Source: Candidatus Micrarchaeota archaeon (GTDB taxonomy: Archaea > Micrarchaeota > Micrarchaeia > Micrarchaeales > Micrarchaeaceae). From it: 64,000 bases of DNA. The stretch spans positions 71,142 to 135,141 of the forward strand of contig DAHXMI010000004.1 of assembly GCA_027365565.1 (NCBI GenBank). Direction: 5' to 3'. The translations under genes and the position numbers were made by a program. Each line of letters begins with the position of its first letter. Positions within the stretch are counted from its first letter, which is position 1. Of this stretch, positions 37,074-46,780 are shown in pieces. A model generated the notes under the pieces. That model searched no databases and was not told the DNA's origin. It saw nothing but the letters and a program-made list of their open reading frames with translations.

Positions 37074-38048
37074 ATGGACAACCTTAAGTCTGCATTCGAT
37101 GTGCTTCTGCACCCGGGCAAGGAAACTAAGAAAGGGATGAGCATCGGAGATGCGCTGAAGTTCTACTACAGCGTGATGATAATACCGCTGATACTCGGGG
37201 TGATAGTAAGCCTGGCGCTGAACGCTTCAAACCTTACCGTAGGGGTAATCTCGGTCGCAGGTATACTGCTGAGCTTCGTGGTGCTCTTCCCGATAGGCAT
37301 ACTTGTCGACGCCGGACTGTACCATCTCGTCATAGGCAGGCTGTTCAAGCTCTACAAGGGCGACTACTCGAAGCCGGTGATGGCGTTCACGTACGCGATG
37401 ATGCCATCAGTGCTGGTGTACTGGCTGGTTGGACCGCTGACTTCCAAGGCGGGTTTCCTGGGCGGCTTGGCGGGCGTCGCGCCGGCGCTTGGCGCGACAT
37501 ACGTAGTTGGCGAGGTACTGAGCATAATATTCGGCATATGGTCGATAGTAATCATGATAATAGCGCTGTCGAACCAGGTCGCGATAAGCAGGCTCAAGGC
37601 CCTTGGCACGCTCCTGCTCGAATGGATAATAATAGGAATAATAGCGAGCGTGCTGGCCATGATATTCGCGGTATCGCTCGTCGGCACAGGCCTTGCGGGC
37701 CCGGGAGGCCCAGGCATACCGCTCGGAAGCAGCTGCATACCTGGCACAGGGTATGCGTGCACAGGCCTTGCGTACTCCAGCAACCACCTGAACTTCACGT
37801 TCGGGCAGGCGACCGGCAGTGACTGGACAGGTACTATACTGTATGCGGTGCCGAGCGGCACTGCGTTCTCGACGTCTGACGGCAACGACGCGATAGGCAG
37901 CCTCGCATCAGGGCAATATGCGCAGGTGAGCATACCTGTACTGACTTCCGGAAGCAGCACCTTCGTGGGCAGCATCTGGGCGGTCTACAACATAGGCAAC
38001 ACGACTGATGAGAACATCGTGGCAACAGTAACGGCTCCCTCAAAGTGA
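37074..38048 (+). CDS. Polytopic membrane protein (Yip1-domain-like) with C-terminal extracytoplasmic Gly/Ser/Thr-rich extension
   Basis: I chose the start at MDNLKSAFDVLLHPGKETKKG by alignment with its downstream paralogue. About 5 TM helices. Confidence 0.45.
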   Translation: MDNLKSAFDVLLHPGKETKKGMSIGDALKFYYSVMIIPLILGVIVSLALNASNLTVGVISVAGILLSFVVLFPIGILVDAGLYHLVIGRLFKLYKGDYSKPVMAFTYAMMPSVLVYWLVGPLTSKAGFLGGLAGVAPALGATYVVGEVLSIIFGIWSIVIMIIALSNQVAISRLKALGTLLLEWIIIGIIASVLAMIFAVSLVGTGLAGPGGPGIPLGSSCIPGTGYACTGLAYSSNHLNFTFGQATGSDWTGTILYAVPSGTAFSTSDGNDAIGSLASGQYAQVSIPVLTSGSSTFVGSIWAVYNIGNTTDENIVATVTAPSK

Positions 38049-38203
38049 GGCGCGCCGCTTCTTTTTCTTTTTCCATTTCCAATTCATTTTTCTTCTTCTC
38101 TCTTCGGTCCTTCGCCTTTCCCGCTCTCTGCAATTCGAGTGTGTATTAGTGTATGCTTTTTAAATATTGCGAGATATTTAGGTCTGGTGATCTATTGTCA
38201 TTC

Positions 38204-38812
38204 ATGGATAACTTCAAGAAAGCCTTCGGAGTGCTGCTGCACCCGGGCAAGGAAACGAAACGGTCGATGGGCATCGGGGATGCGCTGAAGTTCTACTACA
38301 GCGTGATGATAATACCGATGATAATCGGAATAATATTCGGGGCCGTGATGGGCGTGATATCGCCCGGACTCATGGCCGTATCGATTGTCGGCGTGATAAT
38401 CTACTACTTGATAATGTTCCCGCTCAGCATACTGGTTAACGCAGGCATATACCACGTGATAATCGGCAAGCTCTTCAAGATGTACAAGGGCAAATACGAC
38501 AAGGTGGTAAGTGCGTTCACGTACGCGATAATGCCCATGGTATTGGTATACTGGATAATACTACCGATAACGGGAGGGGCTACGGCCCTCAACAGCGGAT
38601 CGGTGCTGGGCTCTGCGGCCACAATCGGCGCTGCATTTGCCTTCGGCCTGGTGCTGGCAATAATATTCGGCATATGGTCTTTCGTTGTGATGGTGATGGG
38701 ACTGTCTAACCAGCTAAACATGTCGAGGCTTAAGGCATTCGGCACGCTGATACTGGAGGGAGTAATCGTCGGCATCATATACATAGTGGTACTGTTGGCC
38801 ACTGGCCTATGA
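38204..38812 (+). CDS. Paralogous polytopic membrane protein (Yip1-domain-like)
   Basis: MDNFKKAFGVLLHPGKETKRSMGIGDALKFYYSVMIIP is nearly identical to the N-terminus of the upstream gene. Confidence 0.45.
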   Translation: MDNFKKAFGVLLHPGKETKRSMGIGDALKFYYSVMIIPMIIGIIFGAVMGVISPGLMAVSIVGVIIYYLIMFPLSILVNAGIYHVIIGKLFKMYKGKYDKVVSAFTYAIMPMVLVYWIILPITGGATALNSGSVLGSAATIGAAFAFGLVLAIIFGIWSFVVMVMGLSNQLNMSRLKAFGTLILEGVIVGIIYIVVLLATGL

Positions 38813-38902
38813 TTAGGTCTGCGCTATTGGGTCAGGCATGCCTGGCCTCTTCCTTTTATTTTTCTTTTCCTTTTGCCTTGAGAGCAGCATACCTGCAGGC
38901 CG

Positions 38903-39589
38903 CTACTTGTTCCCGTTAATCTCCTTGCCCAGAAGGTAGAGCTCTGCCGCGAGCTTAGTGCTCGAGACGCTGTGGAGTATCAGCCTGCCCTTTCCTGTGA
39001 AGTTCGCCAGGAATAGGCCCATGCCGCCGAACATCGCGGTGCGCACGTTGTCTACTCCTCTTATAGAATAGTTGAGCTGCGAGTCGAAAGCGGCTATGTG
39101 CCCAGGATCCACTTCTATATGGTTCGTACCGTCAAGGTCGTGGCTTATCGTGTCTCCTATTACGTGTATGAACACCCTTCCCGGGCCGGAGAACTTCTGC
39201 AGCATGAGGCCCGCCCCTCCCCATATGGCCGCACCGAGGCTCACCCTCTGCAGGGTAAAGCCGACTGTGGATTCGACGGCAAGCAGCGCGTTGTGCTCGA
39301 CCGCGAGCCCCTGGCCGGGATCCAGGTTTACTTCCACGACCTTGCCAGGCAGGGTTCCGCTGACGGACACGATGCCCTCGCCGTTCTTCGACTGGAACTC
39401 GGTAAGCATCGCCGTGGACCCGGTTGCCTTCCTTTCGACGGCTTTCAGCAGGCCGCCAGCGAGCTTCGGAGTCATCTGTATGTTGTCGCTCTTGCTCAGC
39501 AGATGACCCGAATCCGCGTACACCTTCTCACCCTCCTCGAGTATAACGTTAAGGGCCTGCATGTTATCCCCCACTATCTGGTATTTCAT
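38903..39589 (-). CDS. AIM24/TIGR00266-family (DUF124) protein
   Basis: MKYQIVGDNMQALNVILEEGEKVYADSGHLL fits the family pattern. The start is set at Met11 of the track ORF. Confidence 0.6.
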   Translation of the reverse strand: MKYQIVGDNMQALNVILEEGEKVYADSGHLLSKSDNIQMTPKLAGGLLKAVERKATGSTAMLTEFQSKNGEGIVSVSGTLPGKVVEVNLDPGQGLAVEHNALLAVESTVGFTLQRVSLGAAIWGGAGLMLQKFSGPGRVFIHVIGDTISHDLDGTNHIEVDPGHIAAFDSQLNYSIRGVDNVRTAMFGGMGLFLANFTGKGRLILHSVSSTKLAAELYLLGKEINGNK

Positions 39590-39651
39590 TGCCTCACCAC
39601 GGCATGCATTGTCTGCCATGGTTTAAAACCCTTTCAGGGAAATACAATTTC

Positions 39652-40899
39652 ATGCAGAGGTTTTCAAAGTCGCCGCGGCAGGCGGCAGTTTTTAAGGGTA
39701 CGCCGGATGATTTCGTTGTCGAGGAGATAACGAAATCGGGGCACATACTGGAAGTGGGTAGGAGATACGACGCGGATGCGGCCGGAGATGCCCAATCTGA
39801 CGAGGGCAGGTTCGCAGTCTTCGTTTTGCAGAAGAGGGACTGGAACACCGCGCAGGCGCTGATCAGCATAGCCAACGCGTGCGGCCGCGGCAGGAAGTCT
39901 GTGGGCTTTGCAGGCACCAAGGACAGAGCATCAGTATCGACGCAGCTCTGCAGCATATTCGGCGCGGACCCTGATGCAGTCAGCAGGGTCCAGATCAAGG
40001 ACCTCGCAGTAAACGGCGCGTGGAGGGGTAAGGAAGGCGTGAGGCTTGGCGATCTGAAGGGCAACAGGTTCACGATAACTGCTAGGGGGGCGGCCGACGT
40101 GCGCGCGATAGAGGTTATAAACAACGAGCTTGGCGGGATATTCCCGAACTACTTCGGCGAACAGAGGTTCGGCTTCAGAAACAACAACGTGGAGATAGGC
40201 ATTGCGATAATGAAGGGGGATTTTAGGAGCGCGGCAATGTCGTTCCTGACCAATTCCGAGAACGAGACTAAGGCCGAAGCGGTCGAGGCAAGGAAAAGAC
40301 TTGGGGAGGAGCAGGACTTCACGAAGGCGCTGGAGTACTTTCCGAGATACCTGAAGTACGAGCGCACCATTCTGGGCCACCTTGCACAGCATGGCACCGA
40401 TTTCGCCGGTGCGATAAGAAAACTGCCGAGGCAGCTCTCCCTCATGTTCGTGCATTCCGTGGAGAGCGACATGTTCAACAGGGCCATTGAAGCCAGGGTG
40501 CGGAATGGTGCGGTGGCTCCGGACGCCGGCGACACCGTATGCAGCACGGACGGCAACGGCTGGCCGGATATCACGAATGCGCATGCAGCTGCGGCCTCCG
40601 AGAAGGGAGCATTCCTCCTCGGCAACATAATAGGGTACAATACACAGGACGTCGATGCATACGAGAAAGAGGTCCTCGAATCGATAGGTATTGAGCCAGG
40701 CATGTTCAGGTTGAAAGGCATGCCGGAGTTGAGCTGCAAGGGCACGAAAAGAATGCTGTTCGCGCCTTACCTGGATTTCAAGGCGGACGGGGCAGGCACA
40801 GGTTCGGGCGATACTGTGCTCAGTTTCTCCCTGCCGTCCGGTTCATACGCCACGGTGCTGCTCGATGAATTCTTTGAGCGCAAGCCCATGGACATTTGA
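39652..40899 (+). CDS. truD: tRNA pseudouridine synthase TruD (Pus7-like)
   Basis: Catalytic motif GFAGTKDRASVSTQ (GxKD) and the FPNYFGEQRFG motif. I chose the start at MQRFSK. Confidence 0.8.
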   Translation: MQRFSKSPRQAAVFKGTPDDFVVEEITKSGHILEVGRRYDADAAGDAQSDEGRFAVFVLQKRDWNTAQALISIANACGRGRKSVGFAGTKDRASVSTQLCSIFGADPDAVSRVQIKDLAVNGAWRGKEGVRLGDLKGNRFTITARGAADVRAIEVINNELGGIFPNYFGEQRFGFRNNNVEIGIAIMKGDFRSAAMSFLTNSENETKAEAVEARKRLGEEQDFTKALEYFPRYLKYERTILGHLAQHGTDFAGAIRKLPRQLSLMFVHSVESDMFNRAIEARVRNGAVAPDAGDTVCSTDGNGWPDITNAHAAAASEKGAFLLGNIIGYNTQDVDAYEKEVLESIGIEPGMFRLKGMPELSCKGTKRMLFAPYLDFKADGAGTGSGDTVLSFSLPSGSYATVLLDEFFERKPMDI

Positions 40900-40957
40900 C
40901 GTAGGCCCATCGAACGTTTAAATAAGTGGCGCTGAAAATTAACAAGGAGGCGATAGC

Positions 40958-41752
40958 ATGGCACTGATATTCGTAAAGCTTGGGGGCAGCATAATAACGG
41001 ATACGAAAAAGGAGAATACCCCACTGCCTGCGGAAATCAGCAGGCTCGTCTGCGAGATAAGGGACGGCGGTGACGGCTCCAAGATAATACTTGGGCACGG
41101 CAGCGGATCCTTCGGCCACGTAGCGGCGCACAGGTACGAGCTGCAGAAGGGGCTGCATAGGGAGGACAGCGCCATCGGCGCCGCGATAACGCGCAAGGTA
41201 GCAGCGAACCTGAACAGCTACGTCATCGATAGCATGCTCGACAACGGCATGAACGCCCTCTCGTTCCCGCCATCTGCGGGAGGCATTACATCAAACAAGA
41301 GGATTGTGGACTGGAACATAGAGCCGATAAAAAGAGCCCTTGACCACGGGTTCATCCCGGTCGTGATGGGCGACGTTGCAATCGATACCGAGAAGGGCAT
41401 AGCGGTCATACCTACGGAAGAGCCTTTCAGATACCTTGCGGAGAAGCTCAGGCCCGACAAGGTCATAGTAGCAAGCGACATAGATGGTGTTTTCACTGCG
41501 GATCCGCACATGGACAAGGATGCCAGGCTCGTGGGCCTCATAACGCGTGAAAACTACGAAGAGGCGCTCTCGCATACCGGATCGTCGCTCAAGGTAGACG
41601 TGACCGGCGGCATGAGGAGCAAGCTCGCATATCTCTATGACATTTCGGAGAAGTATGGGGCAACGTGCCAGATAGTGAATGCGACCGTGCCAGGAAGGCT
41701 GCGTGATGCGGTGGCGGGAAGGGAGGTCATAGGCACCGTGATAAAGGCCTGA
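40958..41752 (+). CDS. Isopentenyl phosphate kinase (amino-acid-kinase family)
   Basis: FVKLGGSIITDT and ILGHGSGSFGH motifs. 264 aa. Confidence 0.75.
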   Translation: MALIFVKLGGSIITDTKKENTPLPAEISRLVCEIRDGGDGSKIILGHGSGSFGHVAAHRYELQKGLHREDSAIGAAITRKVAANLNSYVIDSMLDNGMNALSFPPSAGGITSNKRIVDWNIEPIKRALDHGFIPVVMGDVAIDTEKGIAVIPTEEPFRYLAEKLRPDKVIVASDIDGVFTADPHMDKDARLVGLITRENYEEALSHTGSSLKVDVTGGMRSKLAYLYDISEKYGATCQIVNATVPGRLRDAVAGREVIGTVIKA

Positions 41753-41784
41753 TTCGTTTTCCTTTTCCACTTTTCCCTTCTTCC

Positions 41785-42678
41785 TTATTTCCAATCGAGC
41801 ATCGCAAGTCCTATCGTGACCAGGAGCAGGCCAGGCACATAGGTCTGCCATGCACCTGGATTGACTATCAGGTAATAGACCACCACAGGTATGAGCTGCA
41901 TGTCTGACAATATGTATCCTGTGGCGACCGCCCCCCTTCCGACGTTCGCGAGCACCTTCATCATCAGGGTCTCGAAGTAGAACGACGCGAGCAGTACGGC
42001 ACCCACTATCACGGTGAGCAACGCGTACCATCCAGTTATGGCAGGCATGTTCGAGGCAGGCACGAACAGCAGGACCGACGCACCGAAGATCAGCACCTGC
42101 GGGGCCTGGATGAAGAACATGGTGGTGAACTTGCTCTTTATGCGCTTTGTAGACAGGTAGTAGAAATATGTAGCTGCGCCATAGAATACAGCGATGAGCA
42201 GCCCAAGCGCTATTAGGCTACCATTTAGAGAATAGATGCCGTTCCTGATTACAAGCGATTCGATTACAAGGCCGGCTGCGATGATCGCCGACGCGAACGA
42301 GTACATCGCCATGTTGACGTCGCGCTTGGTTGTAACCCAGATAAGCAGGGTGAAGATTATTATCTCGGCGGTGCCGAACGCGCTGGCGGCCGGCACTCCA
42401 TTCATGGCTATCAGGATATAGAATATGTAGTTGCCCAGAGCGTATGCTGCGGCAGAGGATATTGGATACTTCAGGTCAGACAGCTTCTCTATCTTTAGGT
42501 CGCCCTTGGCTATGATGAACATCAGCGTAGCGGAGGTCGCCTCTATGAGCATCCACGTGAATATCGGGCTGGTATTAGGCGACAGTGACACAAGCGCGCC
42601 AGACAGTATGTACCACAGCGAGTAGAGCAGCGACACGGCCACCGCGAGCATGTATCCCATGTACTTCTTAGATAACAT
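41785..42678 (-). CDS. EamA/DMT-superfamily membrane transporter
   Basis: About 10 TM helices arranged as two tandem 5-TM repeats. Confidence 0.55.
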   Translation of the reverse strand: MLSKKYMGYMLAVAVSLLYSLWYILSGALVSLSPNTSPIFTWMLIEATSATLMFIIAKGDLKIEKLSDLKYPISSAAAYALGNYIFYILIAMNGVPAASAFGTAEIIIFTLLIWVTTKRDVNMAMYSFASAIIAAGLVIESLVIRNGIYSLNGSLIALGLLIAVFYGAATYFYYLSTKRIKSKFTTMFFIQAPQVLIFGASVLLFVPASNMPAITGWYALLTVIVGAVLLASFYFETLMMKVLANVGRGAVATGYILSDMQLIPVVVYYLIVNPGAWQTYVPGLLLVTIGLAMLDWK

Positions 42679-42714
42679 ATCGCTTACCCTGGTTTCTTGC
42701 GGCGTTGAACGGTA

Positions 42715-42839
42715 CGCCAGGGTTGGGATTTGAACCCAAAAGTCCTTGCGGACACCGGTTTGCCTGTTGCATCACTATTCAGCTCTCGAAGTTTTTGCAA
42801 TCTCGAGACCGGCGCGATACCGGATTCCGCCACCCTGGC
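42715..42839 (-). tRNA. tRNA-Ser (anticodon CGA) with a ~41-nt canonical intron after position 37
   Basis: Acceptor GCCAGGG/CCCTGGC. 3-bp D-stem GCG/CGC with an 11-nt D-loop. Anticodon stem CCGGT/ACCGG enclosing CTCGAG[intron]A. Long variable arm GTCC-GCAA-GGAC. T-arm TTGGG-TTCAAAT-CCCAA. Discriminator G. Confidence 0.8.
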
Positions 42840-42988
42840 ATTTAATGCTCCGCCTGCCTATGTTATCGGTCGGATGCACAGAAACCTTACTGCACCCATA
42901 GAATTTATAGGCTTGGGGTAGCAATATCTATAAGTCTTAAGCCTTTATAGACTTTATTCATAACATTCAATTAGCAAAGACTGGAAAT

Positions 42989-44551
42989 ATGGTCCCTATG
43001 GCAACCGATCTGTTCAACAAAGGTTTCATCGTGAGGATGTTCAGTGTAGCGCTGTTCGTGTTCCTCGCAATTGCAGGCCTTGGCTTTGTGCTTTACCTGT
43101 TCGCGATAGCCGCGACTGCTTACATGTTTGCGCTGGCGGTCGCCTTTGCCGCGCTCACCTTCGTGGCGGGATTCTTCAACATATTCGCAGCGCTGGCATA
43201 CTACAGATCCTACTTCTATGACAGGTACCTGGACAAGATAAACAGGACCCTGAAGCGCGGAGGCAGGAAGCCGACCATCGCAGTTGTGATGCCCGTATTC
43301 AACGAGGACGCATCGCTTGTGGAGAGGAACATGCTCAGGCTAAGGGAGATGAAGTATCCCAAGAGCAAGCTTAATTTCTATATGGTGGACGATTCGACTG
43401 ACGCGGATACCGCCGATGAGCTGAAGAGGTTCAGCGAGAAGCACGGCGTAATTTACATTCATAGGGGCGTCAGGAAGGGTTACAAGGCCGGAGCGCTCAA
43501 CAACATGCTCAAGGACGCAAAGGAGGAGCTGATCGCGATATTCGATTATGACGAATATCTCACCAACACGAATTTCCTGCTTGACCTCATACCCTATTTC
43601 AACGACGACAAGGTAGCGTATATACAGACGGAAAAGAGCACGTTCAACGGCAACTTCTTCGCCAACGCGGTCAAGCTGTTTGACGGCTTCTTCTTCAGGT
43701 TCATACAGACGGCCAGGGCGCTGAACAACACCGCGATATACGCGGGCTCGTGCGGCCTCATCAGGAGGAGCGCACTTGAGACGATAGGCGGCTTCCCTGA
43801 ATACATAATAGAGGACACCTTCTTCAGCTTCGAGTCAGACAGGAAGCACTTCAAGAGCATATATGTGCCGAAGATATATGCCTACGGCAAGCCGATAACG
43901 ACTTTCACCGCGCTCGCGAAGCAGCAGTGGAGGTACAACTACGGCGACACGCAGTTCATCAGCTACTTCTTCAGGTTCCGGAAGTCGATGAGGAGCTCCC
44001 CTCTCACGCGCATGGACTACATAACGCACGGCTTCGGGCTGAACTACCTTTCGATAGTGCTGATACTGTTCACCCTGGTATCGGTGCTGATAGTGTTCTC
44101 GTCCCTGCCGTTCCTACACATGACCATAAGGCACTTCTTCAACCAGACTTACATAGGCCTTGACCTTGAGATAATAGGAATATTAGCGTTCATGGCTTCA
44201 CTGCTGGCGCCGATAATGCTCGCAAAGATATATTTCAAGTCCACCACGAAGGGGTTCATGGTGTTCGTGCTCAACTTCAGCCTTGCAATAATAAGGACCA
44301 AGGCGGCGATAGCCGCGCTCAGGCACAAGAACCCCTCGTTCGTCTGGAACAGGAAGAACGAGAACCCGAAGCCGCACAACATAAGGCTCAGCCTGCTCAA
44401 TACGAAGACGGAAATCACGATGTCGCTGAGCCTGTTCTCGCTCGGCATGCTCTCTGTGCTCTACTTCCACAACATCGCAGGGGGGCTATGGCTTGTTTGG
44501 TACGGCGTAATGTACAGCGCCGCCACACTGCTCTTCTACAGGTATGGATGA
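42989..44551 (+). CDS. Integral-membrane GT2 glycosyltransferase (processive CesA/chitin/hyaluronan-synthase-like architecture)
   Basis: N-terminal TMs, then VVMPVFNED, DDSTD, FDYDEY and QQWRY motifs, then about 6 C-terminal TMs. Confidence 0.7.
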   Translation: MVPMATDLFNKGFIVRMFSVALFVFLAIAGLGFVLYLFAIAATAYMFALAVAFAALTFVAGFFNIFAALAYYRSYFYDRYLDKINRTLKRGGRKPTIAVVMPVFNEDASLVERNMLRLREMKYPKSKLNFYMVDDSTDADTADELKRFSEKHGVIYIHRGVRKGYKAGALNNMLKDAKEELIAIFDYDEYLTNTNFLLDLIPYFNDDKVAYIQTEKSTFNGNFFANAVKLFDGFFFRFIQTARALNNTAIYAGSCGLIRRSALETIGGFPEYIIEDTFFSFESDRKHFKSIYVPKIYAYGKPITTFTALAKQQWRYNYGDTQFISYFFRFRKSMRSSPLTRMDYITHGFGLNYLSIVLILFTLVSVLIVFSSLPFLHMTIRHFFNQTYIGLDLEIIGILAFMASLLAPIMLAKIYFKSTTKGFMVFVLNFSLAIIRTKAAIAALRHKNPSFVWNRKNENPKPHNIRLSLLNTKTEITMSLSLFSLGMLSVLYFHNIAGGLWLVWYGVMYSAATLLFYRYG

Positions 44552-44560
44552 GATGATAGG

Positions 44561-44872
44561 ATGATGTTTCTCAAGATACACAATAGTGACAACGGCGACA
44601 TGGTGGCCATGTGCGACGAATCGCTCATCGGCGAGGTCATAAGCGAGGGAGCGATTGAGATAAACATACGCGACTACTCCGATTTCTACAAGGGCGACCT
44701 CGTCTCGAAGGAAGACGCGAAGAGGATGATAGATTCCGGAAGCGTCTACACGGCCAACATTATAGGAAAGGAAGCGGTAGACGCCGCGATAGAATGCAGC
44801 ATCATAGACCCTGAAAGCGTCAGGAACGCGGGCAGCGTGCCCTATGCCCAGGCCTTCAGGGTAAGGAAATAG
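44561..44872 (+). CDS. Conserved archaeal protein of unknown function (DUF424-like)
   Basis: 103 aa. The VAMCDESLIGEV motif is recalled from that family. Confidence 0.4.
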   Translation: MMFLKIHNSDNGDMVAMCDESLIGEVISEGAIEINIRDYSDFYKGDLVSKEDAKRMIDSGSVYTANIIGKEAVDAAIECSIIDPESVRNAGSVPYAQAFRVRK

Positions 44873-44884
44873 TAATTGATGCCG

Positions 44885-45244
44885 TTAGACTCCATCTCCC
44901 TCCTTCAGGCGCATGATCGCGCCCGCTATGTCGCCATTGCTGGCCTCGAGAGCCGCCCTTACCTTTCCTTCGTCGAAGACGCCGCTCTGCTCCATCACGA
45001 GCCTGATATCGTCCTCGCCTATTTCCGCCTTAGCGTCGGATCCGCGCTCTTCCTCGCTTACGCTTCCCGCCACGCTGAACGTGACCATACCCTGTGCGTC
45101 TATCCTTGTAACCTGCGGGTCGGATATGACTATGTGCCTGTCTGGGCACTCTATGACGACCCTGAGCGCTACGACGTCAGTGGACTTTATTCCCATCTTC
45201 TCCATTATGTTCTTCATCTGCTTCGGATCCATGTTAGGCAGCAT
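44885..45244 (-). CDS. nac: Nascent polypeptide-associated complex alpha subunit (NAC domain plus UBA domain)
   Basis: N-terminal KQMKNIMEKMGI. NAC beta-barrel. C-terminal UBA EGKVRAALEASNGDIAGAIMRL. Confidence 0.8.
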   Translation of the reverse strand: MLPNMDPKQMKNIMEKMGIKSTDVVALRVVIECPDRHIVISDPQVTRIDAQGMVTFSVAGSVSEEERGSDAKAEIGEDDIRLVMEQSGVFDEGKVRAALEASNGDIAGAIMRLKEGDGV

Positions 45245-45394
45245 ACAATCACGCTATTATCATCGTTTAACCTATTGTAGCACATTGTCTTTTATGCCCT
45301 TCTGCATAATTGCAGGCGATTCGGCGTTCCATTAATCCCGCTTTGCATGGAAAGCCTAAAAACTTTCTTCGGGCAAATGTCGTTTGGCGATTAG

Positions 45395-45706
45395 ATGGTG
45401 GATCTCGCAAAGGAGAATTACAGGAGGCTAAGGAAGGTGAACTTCTACAAGCGCATCCTGGACAGGCTTGCATATCTATCGCTAGGCGCCGACATAATAA
45501 TAGCCGTGATCACCCTCGCTTCACTGTACATATACGCATCAAATATATCGTTCGTGCTGAAGTGGGTGGAGTACGCGCTAAGCGGCATCGTCGCGATAAC
45601 GGTGTTCGTCTTCGTGCTTTTCGCTTTCGAATCGAACTACCACAGGAAGATCATCTCGATCATAACGCTCACCGGGCGGCTGGCGAGAAGGTCAATCAGG
45701 AGATGA
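45395..45706 (+). CDS. Small two-TM membrane protein, upstream of the SPFH gene
   Basis: 103 aa with two hydrophobic helices. Its position is where NfeD-like partners of stomatins often sit, but no OB-fold is evident. Confidence 0.35.
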   Translation: MVDLAKENYRRLRKVNFYKRILDRLAYLSLGADIIIAVITLASLYIYASNISFVLKWVEYALSGIVAITVFVFVLFAFESNYHRKIISIITLTGRLARRSIRR

Positions 45707-45764
45707 GAGCGGAATGCCCTGCGGCTGGAAGGTTTAAAAGAGATGACAGCGTTAGCTATTACGT

Positions 45765-46766
45765 ATGGGGTCGAATAGTGATAGCATGCAGGACAAACAA
45801 TCTACTTCAGGCGGATCAAGGGTATACAAGGGGGGCGTCGCCGCGCTTGCCGACATTCTCATCTTCGTGATATTCACAGGCGGCGGATATTACGTTGGCA
45901 GTATACCGTACGCTTTCGCGGGCTTCGTGCTCAGTTTCATACTGGTACTTTCGCTTTCCATAAGGGTTCTCAGCGAGTGGGACAGGAAGGCAGTGCTCAG
46001 GTTCGGCAGGTACGTCGGCATAATAGGGCCTGGCATATTCCTGATAATACCGATAGTGGACAGTACTATGCCCACGATCGATACCAGGGTGCTCAGCACT
46101 TCTTTCAGGGCAGAGAAGACGCTGACCAAGGACAACGTGCCTGTGGACGTCGATGCCATACTCTTCTGGCAGGTAAAGGACGTGGAGAAGACGGTGCTTA
46201 ACGTTCAAACGTACTACAATTCCGTTCTGCTTGCATCGCAGACCGCGATGAGGGACATAATAGGCAAGAGCGAGCTGTCGACCATGCTTGCAGGCAGGGA
46301 CATAATAGGCAAGGACATAAAGGATCTCATAGAGGAGAGGATACAATCATGGGGCATCGATGCGATATCGGTAGAGATACGTGATGTCACCATACCGCCG
46401 GAACTGCAGAGTGCGATGGCAAGGGTCGCAACCTCCGATAGGGAGAAGCAGGCAAGGGTGATACTGGCGGAGAGCGAATCGCTCGCCGCTGACAAGATGC
46501 TCGAAGCATCGAGCAAGTACGAGAAGGACCCGTACGCCATGCAGCTCAGGGCGCTGAACATGATGTACGAGGTAAGCATAGCGGGCAAGAACGCGATGAT
46601 CTTCATACCAACGGAAACGAAGGGGCTTGCCCTGCCCATACCGTTCGGCGTGAAGGGCATCAACGAATTCCTGAAAGAGAAGCAGCTCAATGAACAGCAG
46701 GCACAGGCACAAGCCCAGAAGAAGCAGAAGCAGCAGAAGAAGCCTGATGATGACGACAGCCAGTGA
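45765..46766 (+). CDS. SPFH/band-7 (stomatin/prohibitin-like) membrane protein
   Basis: N-terminal TM region, then an SPFH core (ISVEIRDVTIPPELQSAMA...), then a C-terminal Q/K-rich coiled tail. Confidence 0.8.
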   Translation: MGSNSDSMQDKQSTSGGSRVYKGGVAALADILIFVIFTGGGYYVGSIPYAFAGFVLSFILVLSLSIRVLSEWDRKAVLRFGRYVGIIGPGIFLIIPIVDSTMPTIDTRVLSTSFRAEKTLTKDNVPVDVDAILFWQVKDVEKTVLNVQTYYNSVLLASQTAMRDIIGKSELSTMLAGRDIIGKDIKDLIEERIQSWGIDAISVEIRDVTIPPELQSAMARVATSDREKQARVILAESESLAADKMLEASSKYEKDPYAMQLRALNMMYEVSIAGKNAMIFIPTETKGLALPIPFGVKGINEFLKEKQLNEQQAQAQAQKKQKQQKKPDDDDSQ

Positions 46767-46780
46767 GTGCCGGCGCGTCA

